DNA of 64,000 nucleotides. It comes from Nitrospirota bacterium. GTDB taxonomy: Bacteria; Nitrospirota; JACRHJ01. The position numbers and the translations under genes were made by a program. This document shows positions 42,601 through 49,483 of the stretch, piece after piece (positions within the stretch are counted from its first letter, which is position 1; each line of letters opens with the position of its first letter). The stretch spans positions 96,001 through 160,000 of the forward strand of contig CAWJRJ010000024.1 in assembly GCA_963845245.1 (NCBI GenBank). The letters run 5' to 3'. The notes under the pieces are model-generated. The model saw only the letters and a program-made list of their open reading frames with translations, had not been told where the DNA came from and did not search any database.

Positions 42601-45101
42601 TCGTGGTGATCCCGCTCGTACTGCGGGCCTATCATGCCGGGTGAACTGATATTGATTACTTCGTTCTGGTGCGTATACCTGTAGAGGGTCGTGTTGTTCC
42701 TCCAGACCTGTCCGTCGGCGTGGCAGACGTTGCACTGAGAGGGGCTGCCGCCGCCAGCATGCAGAGGCAGGTAATGGGCGCCGATATTGCCCGTGCCGCG
42801 CGGATGAGCGCCTGGCAGGTCGTCGTCAGGAGGCATAAGGTGACACTGATTGCACGCATCGACCGCGTCTTTGCACAGCGTAGTGGTGGTAGCGTTGGGG
42901 ATCGATAGCGGCGACCAGTTGCCAGCCTCGTCCCGGACCTTCATTGCAATATAATAGGTGGTCAACGGGGAGAGACCGGAGAGTTTGTACGACTGGACAG
43001 TGCCTTGCCCCGTCGGGAACGGGAGTTTCTCGCCAACAGTATGCCAGACCTTCCTCGCATCATCCCAGTTTACATCGGTTATCTGGTTATTCGAGTAGCG
43101 CATCTCATAAGCAGTGGCCGTCGTATTAGCCTTGTAGTCGTCATTACCTACAGCGGTCCACTGCACCTGGGTCTCGAAGGCCTTGGTGGATCCGGGGATA
43201 ATGCTGAGTGTATTTACCATGCCTGGGGCGACCGTGTCGTGCGGGACCGCGTAAGTAGTCGGGTGCGCAAGCAAACTGAATTTACCGTCATCTTCCTTGG
43301 CCCAGACGGAGTAATAGTAAGGTTTGCCGTTGGTCAGGTTCGGGTGTGGCCAGCTTGTCTGCGTTGTGGTCAGGTCCACTGCCAGCTGTGAACCGTCGTA
43401 GCCGTTCGGGTCTGACGGGAACGACGTGCTGTTCTTGAACATGATCCGGACGCCGGTCTGGTCACACCTGACGGGGTTGATCCAGCTAATGGTGTTCTGC
43501 ATGTTGCCTTCGGTTACGGTGACGCCGGTAACCGGGTCCATGATAGTGTTGTCGGTCGGTACGAGGTTAAGCTGGCTGCCAGTGTTCTGATAGTTCTTTA
43601 ACGCGTCATACGGATAGACCTTGTAATTATATCCTCCAACTTTATCGTTTTGGAGTATTGAACACCTTCCCCCGTCCGTGCATGTCGTACCGTTACCTAC
43701 ATAGACAACAGTGGATGTGCCGAGATTGTTGATGCCAGTCTGCCCTACTGCATAGGTGACGCCAGCTGTCAAAGTCCTTGTATCCAGAGTGTTGGCGTCC
43801 CTGAGGACCACGACTCCGGCGAAGTCAGAGTCGCCGGGATTTGTCCAGCTCATCGTGGCACTGTTGTCGGAAACGGAGCTCGTACCCCATGTTGCAACGC
43901 CAGGAGGCGTAACGTCGTTCAATACGGTGAAGGTCTTGACGTCGGGGAAGTTGACTATGTGTCTTACTTCCGGGGTTATGATGGCTCCGGTCCCGTACTG
44001 GTCCTTAACCGACAGTATGTACTTCCCGGGGTTCGGGACGCTGAACGTGATGTTATAATAAGTGGAGGTGCTGTAGGTGAAGGTGCTTCTGCTTACTACG
44101 GTCGCGCCGCCGCTGGTGTCGTAGTCCGCCGCCTCGGTCAGCGTGGCTGTACACGTGTGGCTCGTGGTCGTGGTATTATTGGTCGACCCGTTAGACCTGT
44201 AAACATGGAATGTGTAAGTATACGTGTACGGCCAGCTCCCTGTGTTCACAACCACTGTCGGGTTCGTCACGGGTACTAGAGTATATGAATTGGTAACGGT
44301 GGTGGAGGAGGAGGAGGATACCCAGTACTGATGGTCGACAAGGGTCTTGGCATACTCGTTTGCCGCTTCTGCCGCGAAGCCGGGGAAACCGGTGGTGGCG
44401 CTTATTGTCAGGCCGATGTTGTTGTTGGTGCTGGGGGTGGTGTACGAGGGCGATCTATACTCGCCGGTCGTTGAATTGTATGTCCAGTTCGCGACCGTGC
44501 TTCCGGTCCATGTAACGGTATTGGTGGTATACGGAGACGTGCCGTATAGCTGGGTAGTCAGGGCCGCTGTTAAATAGGCACTGTAATTATTGCCCGTGCC
44601 GGTCATGGCGGCCCCGTTACGGTCCAGTATCTTAAAGCGGAACGTTACAGAGCTGCCCCTGGTTATCCTTCCGAAAGTTGAAGTCGTTGACGTACCACCT
44701 CCGGTTATCTGGATCCTCCCGGGTAAAGCGAATTGCGGATGGTGGTAGTACCTGGCCTGCCATGTACCGGTCGCGGCGCCTGCAGCTATTGCGTATTGGT
44801 CGTCGAGCTGATTGCCCGATGTCGAGGTAATATCGCCGCTCTGGCCCTGCCTGGCATTGGCAGAATCCCAGTACTCAGCGTTATAGATACTCGAGGCAAA
44901 TACGCCGGTCAGACGCGCATACAACGTGGTGCCTTTGGGGAAGCCTGTGGTGTTCACGTTGGTTCGGCCGCTGTCGGAGTAGAATGTAACCGTAGGCGCG
45001 ACAGCGTAGGCGAACAAGGCCCACATTAAAACCCCGAGCACCAGTATTAAACCTGTGGCAGCAAGGAGCTTGCCGGAATATTTTTTCGTCCTCTTAGTCA
45101 T
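33612..45101 (-). CDS. Giant extracellular multiheme c-type cytochrome (~3830 aa, ~60 heme motifs) with N-terminal Ig/FN3-like domains
   Basis: Signal/anchor MTKRTKK...AYA with a GAGGAGG RBS. Manual count ~42 CxxCH, 13 Cx4CH, 2 Cx3CH, 1 Cx5CH and 1 Cx7CH. C-terminal CSKCHTPH.SRLPRLM.TNCL. Confidence 0.92.
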   Translation of the reverse strand: MTKRTKKYSGKLLAATGLILVLGVLMWALFAYAVAPTVTFYSDSGRTNVNTTGFPKGTTLYARLTGVFASSIYNAEYWDSANARQGQSGDITSTSGNQLDDQYAIAAGAATGTWQARYYHHPQFALPGRIQITGGGTSTTSTFGRITRGSSVTFRFKILDRNGAAMTGTGNNYSAYLTAALTTQLYGTSPYTTNTVTWTGSTVANWTYNSTTGEYRSPSYTTPSTNNNIGLTISATTGFPGFAAEAANEYAKTLVDHQYWVSSSSSTTVTNSYTLVPVTNPTVVVNTGSWPYTYTYTFHVYRSNGSTNNTTTTSHTCTATLTEAADYDTSGGATVVSRSTFTYSTSTYYNITFSVPNPGKYILSVKDQYGTGAIITPEVRHIVNFPDVKTFTVLNDVTPPGVATWGTSSVSDNSATMSWTNPGDSDFAGVVVLRDANTLDTRTLTAGVTYAVGQTGINNLGTSTVVYVGNGTTCTDGGRCSILQNDKVGGYNYKVYPYDALKNYQNTGSQLNLVPTDNTIMDPVTGVTVTEGNMQNTISWINPVRCDQTGVRIMFKNSTSFPSDPNGYDGSQLAVDLTTTQTSWPHPNLTNGKPYYYSVWAKEDDGKFSLLAHPTTYAVPHDTVAPGMVNTLSIIPGSTKAFETQVQWTAVGNDDYKANTTATAYEMRYSNNQITDVNWDDARKVWHTVGEKLPFPTGQGTVQSYKLSGLSPLTTYYIAMKVRDEAGNWSPLSIPNATTTTLCKDAVDACNQCHLMPPDDDLPGAHPRGTGNIGAHYLPLHAGGGSPSQCNVCHADGQVWRNNTTLYRYTHQNEVINISSPGMIGPQYERDHHEGGTFNASTTYVYKYKNYSSGIRYKQTTGYCSNTYCHRSQNSPMWGLEAIVCGEYCHETPPATGRHVKHYHPGQYYINFGPNDGTKISGYTNDYGTGWEKGSAWTSSTGKSITVYNNGSDHLAGGNKDARYATYIKSADAQTTITVPDGTYYVTVCTGDSSQRLDKQTVTVSGDGFATPVKVIDNVDTYPGRLYKKAIDKQVIVTGGKNLMVKIGNGTDPTAINFMIINATPEAPKDNNTLLANTADEYGFACGKCHYMVTTEGVTRTTHHVGGPVERGIRDAENVFDADSNPKNPIASYTTIGSGPFKSYTDGQGFHYTNGRSCVNTYCHGSTMPGAGGSNHTPTWEDGYIDVNGASICGSCHDTAYKDSTPTSSISTGSHGKHVDRAYAYRLDCVKCHYNTVKPRLANYEIQIANKRYHVNGEHDVYFDNQSEFGRYSTSQQKCYNVYCHSNGLLDRGDMPYWATTYATPQWGSVGSKPCNYCHGAARTDGMPEYANLSTTRNSHVEHVVDNNLGCSKCHYSTTRDNGLSIYTSQPTLHVNGTRDVTFDFENHSGTYRKSTQTCSGTYCHGQISPPRWGDTLACGSCHGSADNPNPGVGGHLKHSQGFHTADNSVVNNSGNVAGDPTKYDFSCRFCHYSRTHGGGEYIAGVQTAETNFNTITPANGYNNASGVYTHGAPKEDKNYWHYSRGTCASVKCHSNGRGGAPNNTFYTWTTNIFTGCANCHSGDSSEAVNYRMKSGAHAMHVYSSVYRRACSDCHNDTVTTGATAIKDASKHVNGSVDVAIDATSTNGVTFNPDKTCSNAYCHSNGDPTTWGGTAYNKTMSWTSGERTTCTSCHANNHIVGAGLVDGVRTEAQTLSYNHREHLNSAANSGYGSRIGCTNCHNATADSNTTLQPLGAAQHTHDDGHKDVVYKVGFYDMTGANSYNPLSGYWGSWNTPTAGNCTVICHSDGRGGDPVRFPNWSTPEGSYGCTSCHGATAATLTTGDHVNHLGRTGCNTCHRLTAASNTMINVSGFTSHHVNGSSFTDISTTMHKDVWLTQGTYDVRTKVCSNTSCHGAASPAWNCTTCVSACNTCHGAPPSNVQHQGHYGSASIPTANTTGNHSNATTYVFGCGQCHNPATVSHQGGNVKTNQAAEVKFDNTSTPMNPLGSYTTTNKLMGTDNSGSIPLNYSKGTCRNLYCHSNGRGNSVMVSWSTAAASITCVSCHGGATSGTLSAQHNKHVNTYANSSYNFGCAQCHNKTVDSNTNINNKAKHVNGVKDVYLAPYSNKSGTYNGSICSNTYCHSDGNNTSYKTPSWSGTMTCTNCHNYTKTTTEITTGKHKEHLNNALDVNLGSFKCVDCHADTVQSNNTTITYTNGTHVNGTKNVNFLDKSLNNYTGAYVSGSYTCRNNYCHSSGQKKFGTGSFALLSTPKFRSPAWNTGTLDCKGCHGAETGVPASLYGEPNYANRSTSGTMAGAWFNGHQKHVKSITDCYNCHNLTVTSAGNVIAAGGYHINGSREVQFSGGGTYTASDKRCKNTACHGTTVMRWGGSLPKDCQSCHSDQGAGTYANHSSTGKHVKHVNSTTYKFACEICHATKNTSPNTTHGTGDRKLNLQAAEVFFNKTSTSWKTLTYGNGGTAFRYRGMDAALGATGILANYTANTTSAGTDPVNPAKSWTAGTCRNMWCHSNGQNPPTYANPVWNTTTATCTTCHGGKTSGTLSGKHAKHVNDAANGGNFGCAQCHNDTVSSDAVVSSYALHVNGTRDIYFAPFNGYTGAYVTGGTCRNTYCHSSGQATPVYQSPGTWSAGTAVTCDSCHGAEGTTLVAGAPEYANLSTTSRNTFNGHGVSGHVSSAGDCSKCHRGTVNVLGNLSTGTIKHINGSRDVNFRSDISGVTYSSTSKTCTGAAGATCHASSTVRWGGTANCLTCHGVTTAETDDYTYSGGGGTKATINLDQYTSVGHGRISGTYRYSGSAGAANSSKGARQVTSCETCHDAAVAHGTTGNFFRVKGGGSADTLCTTALGCHSVSTTAHHNQTNTGGDANWTVLTPKCVDCHDPHGDDGPNGRHNNYMIQGMVNYTTNSTSDGIPTAGRTKAVNFPANVNQPANLNYTSYARSNFSGLCQICHVRGGNPAHYSRTLYEDQTGHSTGKVCTQCHSHDTGFKGAGDCKGCHNSAQGARRNIQTDFNQGSHHIVGSWATIVATDCVPCHAEGNSDGTPNATYHRAVLSADDPIDLKVYGTYPTVSRTVAYKVLRNNSSITPVCLGCHNDTNKTATPFSDGKTPNTYAWDFNSIGSKYSNISTTPWGKFNSTTYNVVPADAVNKAFSPHGQTGKNDMPKGLATFAVYSGTKAVQCYDCHNSHSSPVAAGTSYASGNTEGGIIKTTASYTPAAGGSSGTKNAYSSSSDLCFDCHLGENGSGAPKTYRDYGIPSGKAIVGYYDRVGMNFNNYSSSRWSTSDVWRGSFAYKDSTFKGGHFGNSKGYLQEGLSTMGTMVNGNCTACHDPHGVSPAIKRGYTKAVRTVYTGSGADPALSGSYTGTANASNVNVIQIVAGGALGTATYRASTNSGKNWGTTTSTSTAWTANGITATFGAGTYAIDDTWTWLSGSNPNYMAPALKGTWMHSPYKEDRAPRNTYTSDKGNGEATARLAGIFKADDYTTYADQTGWSTAKRFWDDISGGTSAAGTNRMVGGPAPRANPDFKTGSYVPGYNTPAVQGDGFGRGPVRSYGAGFTNVTSMRGWNGYFIDENTFGQTTAKQYGYVNPYSNMSTANPAAWNPGNFAGLCLQCHAWDKNTASSIALDNVTSANLATGTQRVQTKVHETVANLGTITVNLFQRNEGTGSYTSNSPTLGMHMSQYNSSNGSATNTGGATGVVAVSSTAVYGILDTTANSGTTTQHMHWYRWGVSGSTQKTAGTIQAKYHQFPCSKCHTPHTSRLPRLMKTNCLDNDNVGTSHTTMGYVGDAATISGTATTNLWGALARNVACHSTKIGYAGAGPSYTPGGWNKVTPW

Positions 45102-45245
45102 TTCTTCCTCCTCGTTGGATACTTTCAAATTTTTTTTAAGTTATATATTCAATCTTTCACAAGGTTACGCCCATAAACACAAGCAGTCCGCGTATCTTAT
45201 GGTTATGCGTATATCCTCGTGAGGCTTTTCCCTTTTAATCTTCTA

Positions 45246-45273
45246 TACGGGGACGGCTTGCGCCGCCCCCGTA
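45246..45273 (-). other. Intergenic GC-rich hairpin without a U-tract
   Basis: TACGGGGACGGC-TTGC-GCCGCCCCCGTA, just after the stop of the 547-aa cytochrome. Confidence 0.55.
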
Positions 45274-45291
45274 ACAATCCTGATAATTATG

Positions 45292-46935
45292 TTAATGCAC
45301 CGGCGCGCAGTCCCAGTTCTGGGACGAGCCGTAGTGGCATCTGACGTTGTTGCAGCTCCTGGTAACCTTGTCGTACTTTGAAGTCATGTTGTTGAACCAG
45401 TAGTTCGGGTGCACTCCGACGTTCACGTTGTCCCTGTATACCGTCCTCTGGCTTAGGTTGTGGTGGTTTGCCGCATTGCCGTCGCCGCCGCCGTCGTAGT
45501 GGCACGTATGGCAGGCATAGCCGCGCTTTGTCACGTGCGTGTAGTGCGCGCCGCCGCCGCCGGAGTAATCTTCGAATGTGCGGTATTGCGATACGGATAT
45601 TGAACTGAAGTCCCTGTAGCCCGGAGCGCCTGAACCGACATTTACGCCGTCATTCGTACCGTGGCAGGAGTTGCAAGCCTCTTCCGTCCAGTTACCGCTG
45701 GTCATCAATGTATGGCAGTATATGTTGGAGCAGGTGCCCTTGTTCATGTCGAAGGTCGAGGTTATGCCGGCCTTGTTCTTGCCGTTGTTCCTCAGTCCGA
45801 AGTAGACCCTGGTGTTCTGGGACTTGACAGGGAGCGATATTACGCCGCTGTTGCCCTGGCCGATCGTCGAGTGGTGCAGGAATCCCCTTGTGGCGTTTAT
45901 GTCAGGAGTCCTGTGGCAGTCGTCGCAGTAGATGTTCCTGTCCTCGCTCTGGTAGTTCCAGGGGTTCAGCTTGTAGCTGAACAAGTGCTTCTGGTGTCTC
46001 AGGTTAGCGTTTCTGCTGGCCGCGCTTGTGGCACTGCCGAAGACCGCGCTGGTTATGCTCTTGAACGTCGCCTCCTGGCTTGGCGTGCTGTGGCACTCGT
46101 TGCACTTGAGGTCGTTGTCGCCCCATGACGCCGTCTGGTACGCGCCGAAACGCTTCTTCTGGCCGGGCTTGAAGTAGATGGTGTAGTTGCCGAACGGGTC
46201 GCCCGCGTTGTTGTGGCATGAAAGCGCGCAGGTGCCTGCCGCCGCTGTAGATTTCTTCGAATAGCCTATGCCGGTCACGCTTACATAAGTGTGGGCAAGG
46301 GACATGTCAGCGCGTGCCTTGAACTGCGTTGTTGGGGTGGCAATATGCGCACGCGGGCCTGTCGTGTTGTTCGCAAATGGGACCGCCGGGTGGCAGTTGT
46401 TGCAGGTTATCGTCTTTGTGTTGTCAACGACCTTTATTGCAGAGCTGAAGTGCATGTATGTCCTGCCGGGCGTCGCATGAAGGCCCGACATCGTATATGA
46501 GCCGAAGGCGCCGCTTCTGAAATGGCAGATGTTGCAGTTCGCCCCGCTGCCGCCCCAGGTAGCAGTCTGGTTCTTGTGGCAGGCTTTGGTGCAGGTAGAG
46601 TTACCCTGGTTATAAACCAGACCTGAGGCCGATACGTTAGTAAAACCATTCTGGTGTTTTGAAGCCAGGCCGCTTACTGAAGGGTGACAGCGGTCGCAGG
46701 TCGTCACGTCTGAACTTGCATGGTCCGGGTGGCTCTTTGTGGTCTGTCTGACGCAGCCTCCCTCGCTATCCGAGTCCCGTGGTGGGTTACTGTGACACTC
46801 ACCGCAGTTTATGGTCAGGGCCATGGCTGGGGTGGGCGCCATCGCAGTCCCTATAAGGACCATCATCAGGATGAGGGCAAGAAGGCCTACCGGCAACCCC
46901 CACCTTCTGTTATTCGGCTGGCTGGTGTATCCCAT
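45292..46935 (-). CDS. Exported multiheme c-type cytochrome (12 heme motifs)
   Basis: AAGGAGG RBS and a signal peptide. 8 CxxCH, 2 Cx3CH and 2 Cx4CH arranged in four triplets. Confidence 0.9.
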   Translation of the reverse strand: MGYTSQPNNRRWGLPVGLLALILMMVLIGTAMAPTPAMALTINCGECHSNPPRDSDSEGGCVRQTTKSHPDHASSDVTTCDRCHPSVSGLASKHQNGFTNVSASGLVYNQGNSTCTKACHKNQTATWGGSGANCNICHFRSGAFGSYTMSGLHATPGRTYMHFSSAIKVVDNTKTITCNNCHPAVPFANNTTGPRAHIATPTTQFKARADMSLAHTYVSVTGIGYSKKSTAAAGTCALSCHNNAGDPFGNYTIYFKPGQKKRFGAYQTASWGDNDLKCNECHSTPSQEATFKSITSAVFGSATSAASRNANLRHQKHLFSYKLNPWNYQSEDRNIYCDDCHRTPDINATRGFLHHSTIGQGNSGVISLPVKSQNTRVYFGLRNNGKNKAGITSTFDMNKGTCSNIYCHTLMTSGNWTEEACNSCHGTNDGVNVGSGAPGYRDFSSISVSQYRTFEDYSGGGGAHYTHVTKRGYACHTCHYDGGGDGNAANHHNLSQRTVYRDNVNVGVHPNYWFNNMTSKYDKVTRSCNNVRCHYGSSQNWDCAPVH

Positions 46936-47063
46936 TTTATTCCTCCTTAATAGAAACAATTCAAATTGATAAAAACTTTAATTGTAATGTCTTCTTCTGT
47001 ATTGCTGGCAAGAGGCGCAATGTCTTGCGCTCCTTGCAAGAAATACAGGCGATAACAGCATGA

Positions 47064-47465
47064 TCAACCGTCTGCTTTTTTTATCACCAACCCGCTCGGC
47101 ACAAGGACCAGAGTATGCTTGGTACCCTGGACGACCTTTGCTTCATAGTAATACTGGTAGTCCTGTGAAGACCCTTTTTTCACCGTCTGATCTCCGAACT
47201 TGAAATCTTTCAATGCGACCCTCCGTACAGTCACATAACCCTTTATATAGTAGGCTTTTTTCTCCCCCGGCTTATTCGTGCCGGTATGTATGTAGGAGAT
47301 TTTCACTATCTTGTTGGAAAGCGGCCGGTCTCTCATCGTCAAGACAGACCCCAACGTATTAAAAACTACCTGTTCAGCCTTTTGTTCCTCTGTCGAGCAA
47401 CCAACCAACAAGGCAATCAACACTACTGTGATAACCGCTAACCATATCTTTTTCATACCGCTCAT
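47064..47465 (-). CDS. Hypothetical basic lipoprotein
   Basis: MKKIWLAVITVVLIALLVGC lipobox and a Lys-rich mature part. Confidence 0.7.
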   Translation of the reverse strand: MSGMKKIWLAVITVVLIALLVGCSTEEQKAEQVVFNTLGSVLTMRDRPLSNKIVKISYIHTGTNKPGEKKAYYIKGYVTVRRVALKDFKFGDQTVKKGSSQDYQYYYEAKVVQGTKHTLVLVPSGLVIKKADG

Positions 47466-47536
47466 TATTTCTTCAACCCTTCTGTGTTTCTTAAAGGATG
47501 CGCAAGGTCTTGCGCATCCTGTGAGCAACACAGCCT

Positions 47537-47568
47537 TTTGGGCCCCGCCCCGAAGGACGGGGCCCAAA
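47537..47568 (-). other. Intergenic hairpin with a cUUCGg tetraloop on the mRNA strand
   Basis: TTTGGGCCCCGCC-CCGAAG-GACGGGGCCCAAA, right after the cytochrome stop. Confidence 0.55.
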
Positions 47569-47586
47569 GCTGCTTTTAGTTTCGGT

Positions 47587-49341
47587 TTACCACCAGTTCG
47601 GGGTGGTCCTGCCGTTGTGACATTTCACGTTGCTGCAGGACACGTCTGAACCAGGTGTCGTCGCGTTGAACGTGAAGCTTGTGCCGTCGCAGAGGCCGAG
47701 GGTGTTGTTGTCGGCTACGTTGACAGTACCGTTCATGTGGGTCGCGCCCTTGTGGCACTTACCGCAGAGGTTTACGTCGTTGGTTACGACTGTATAGTCA
47801 TCGGTAGTGGCATTGTAGCTGGCGTTGTCCCTGAGGTGCGTCAACTGCCTGGTGGCAGTGGCCGCATTCTTGATGGTGTGGCCGTTATTGCCAGTCCAAT
47901 CCAGCGTTCCGCCAGGATACTCGTGGCAGGCGGCGCATCCCTTCGTACCAATCACGACGCCAGTCGCTATGGAGTTCCAGGCCGGTGACGTAATGATGTG
48001 GCACTTGGTGTTCGTGCAGGTACCGCTGACCGATATGGAACCGGCAGCTGAGTAGCCCACGGTCGCAAGAAGACCTGCGGCGCCATCCTTTACCGGCAAC
48101 TGATAGAGCTGCGGGCCGCCAAGGGCGTTTACTTCATGCGCGCCTGTGTGGCAGTCGCTGCAGGACGGAAGTCCGGTCGGCGTAGAGTCGGTCCTTGATA
48201 CCGTGCCCGAACCGATATGCATCGACGATATCGCGGCGAAATGCAGGCTGTGCGCGAATGTGAGCGGCCTGCCGCCCATGGCTATCGCGCTGTTATTCGC
48301 GGCCACGGTCGGAGTATGGTTGTGGCAGAGTTCGCATCCGCTAGTGTCCTTCCATAACGGGTTGGCGCTCTGCACTGACGACTTGTTGAAATGGCAGGCG
48401 TTGGTACATGCCAGTTTACCAGTAGTGTCGGCCAGGCCTGACGCGTTCGTGAACACGATGCCGGCAGGAGCTACAAAGCTGGCATTTACTGCCTTGACGT
48501 TGGTACCGTCTGACGCGTGCGGGTAGGCCTTCTTGCTGCCGTCGTCCGCCCTGCCCTGGCTCCACAGATCGCTCGTGTTGTCCGGGTGGCAGGCCGCGCA
48601 GACCTTGTCGCTGTTGCCGTTCATGTCGATGACGGTGGAGAAGCTGCCAAGCACGATCTTCGTGCCGCCGAGCAGCTGGTTGCCATGGCTTCCGCCAACG
48701 GAGAACAGGTGGACCTTGTGGCCGGCGGTGCCGGTGGAGCCGTTGCCGAGGCCGGTGTTCGATGCGGTTGGCCCGTAGTTGGAGGCGTCACCGTGGCAGC
48801 TTGAGCAGGTCAGGTGTATGGAAGCCGAGGTGTAGTTGCCCCAGGGAGCTGTCGCAGCAGCGTTCTTGTGGCAGGCGTTCGTACATGTCTTCGTACCGAA
48901 GTCATATGCGAGGTTCGGGTCGGTCACAGTCTGGCGGCCCGCCGTAAGCACGGCGCTCGTACCGGATATGTTAACGAACCCGTCCTGGTGCTTCTTCTTG
49001 TTATGGCAGTAGTCGCAGTTACCTCTTACAACATCGCCAGAGGAGCCGCCCTTCTTACCATAGCTTACTGAAGAGTAGTTCATGTGGATGCCGTGCAGCC
49101 CGCGACCATCGTTGTTGCAGGTGTCGGCGTCAACCGGGGTGTAGCCAACTTCCCAGATCGCAGGGGTGTAGCCCGACCGGAGGTTGTGCCATGCAGTCGT
49201 GCTTGTAAATGTCTTTGCGGAGCCATTGTGCGTACCATGGCAGTCGCCGCAGGACGCTTTAGCCGCGAAGGCCGAGCCTGCGAAGACCAGCGAGAGGCCG
49301 ACTACCATGGCCGTCGCTAACATTAATCTTAATTTAACCAT
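47587..49341 (-). CDS. Exported multiheme c-type cytochrome (12 heme motifs)
   Basis: Signal peptide ending AFA. 8 CxxCH, 2 Cx3CH and 2 Cx4CH. Ends TPNWW. Confidence 0.9.
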   Translation of the reverse strand: MVKLRLMLATAMVVGLSLVFAGSAFAAKASCGDCHGTHNGSAKTFTSTTAWHNLRSGYTPAIWEVGYTPVDADTCNNDGRGLHGIHMNYSSVSYGKKGGSSGDVVRGNCDYCHNKKKHQDGFVNISGTSAVLTAGRQTVTDPNLAYDFGTKTCTNACHKNAAATAPWGNYTSASIHLTCSSCHGDASNYGPTASNTGLGNGSTGTAGHKVHLFSVGGSHGNQLLGGTKIVLGSFSTVIDMNGNSDKVCAACHPDNTSDLWSQGRADDGSKKAYPHASDGTNVKAVNASFVAPAGIVFTNASGLADTTGKLACTNACHFNKSSVQSANPLWKDTSGCELCHNHTPTVAANNSAIAMGGRPLTFAHSLHFAAISSMHIGSGTVSRTDSTPTGLPSCSDCHTGAHEVNALGGPQLYQLPVKDGAAGLLATVGYSAAGSISVSGTCTNTKCHIITSPAWNSIATGVVIGTKGCAACHEYPGGTLDWTGNNGHTIKNAATATRQLTHLRDNASYNATTDDYTVVTNDVNLCGKCHKGATHMNGTVNVADNNTLGLCDGTSFTFNATTPGSDVSCSNVKCHNGRTTPNWW

Positions 49342-49483
49342 TTTTCCTTCTCCTATTGTTGTTCTGTCAACGTACCGGATCCAACATCGTTAATGAAACC
49401 TACAGTCCTTCTTGCTTGTTTCTACTCCTTGTTTTAATGAACCTACTTCCCCCCCTTCGTTAAGAGTTATGTCACAATAATCA

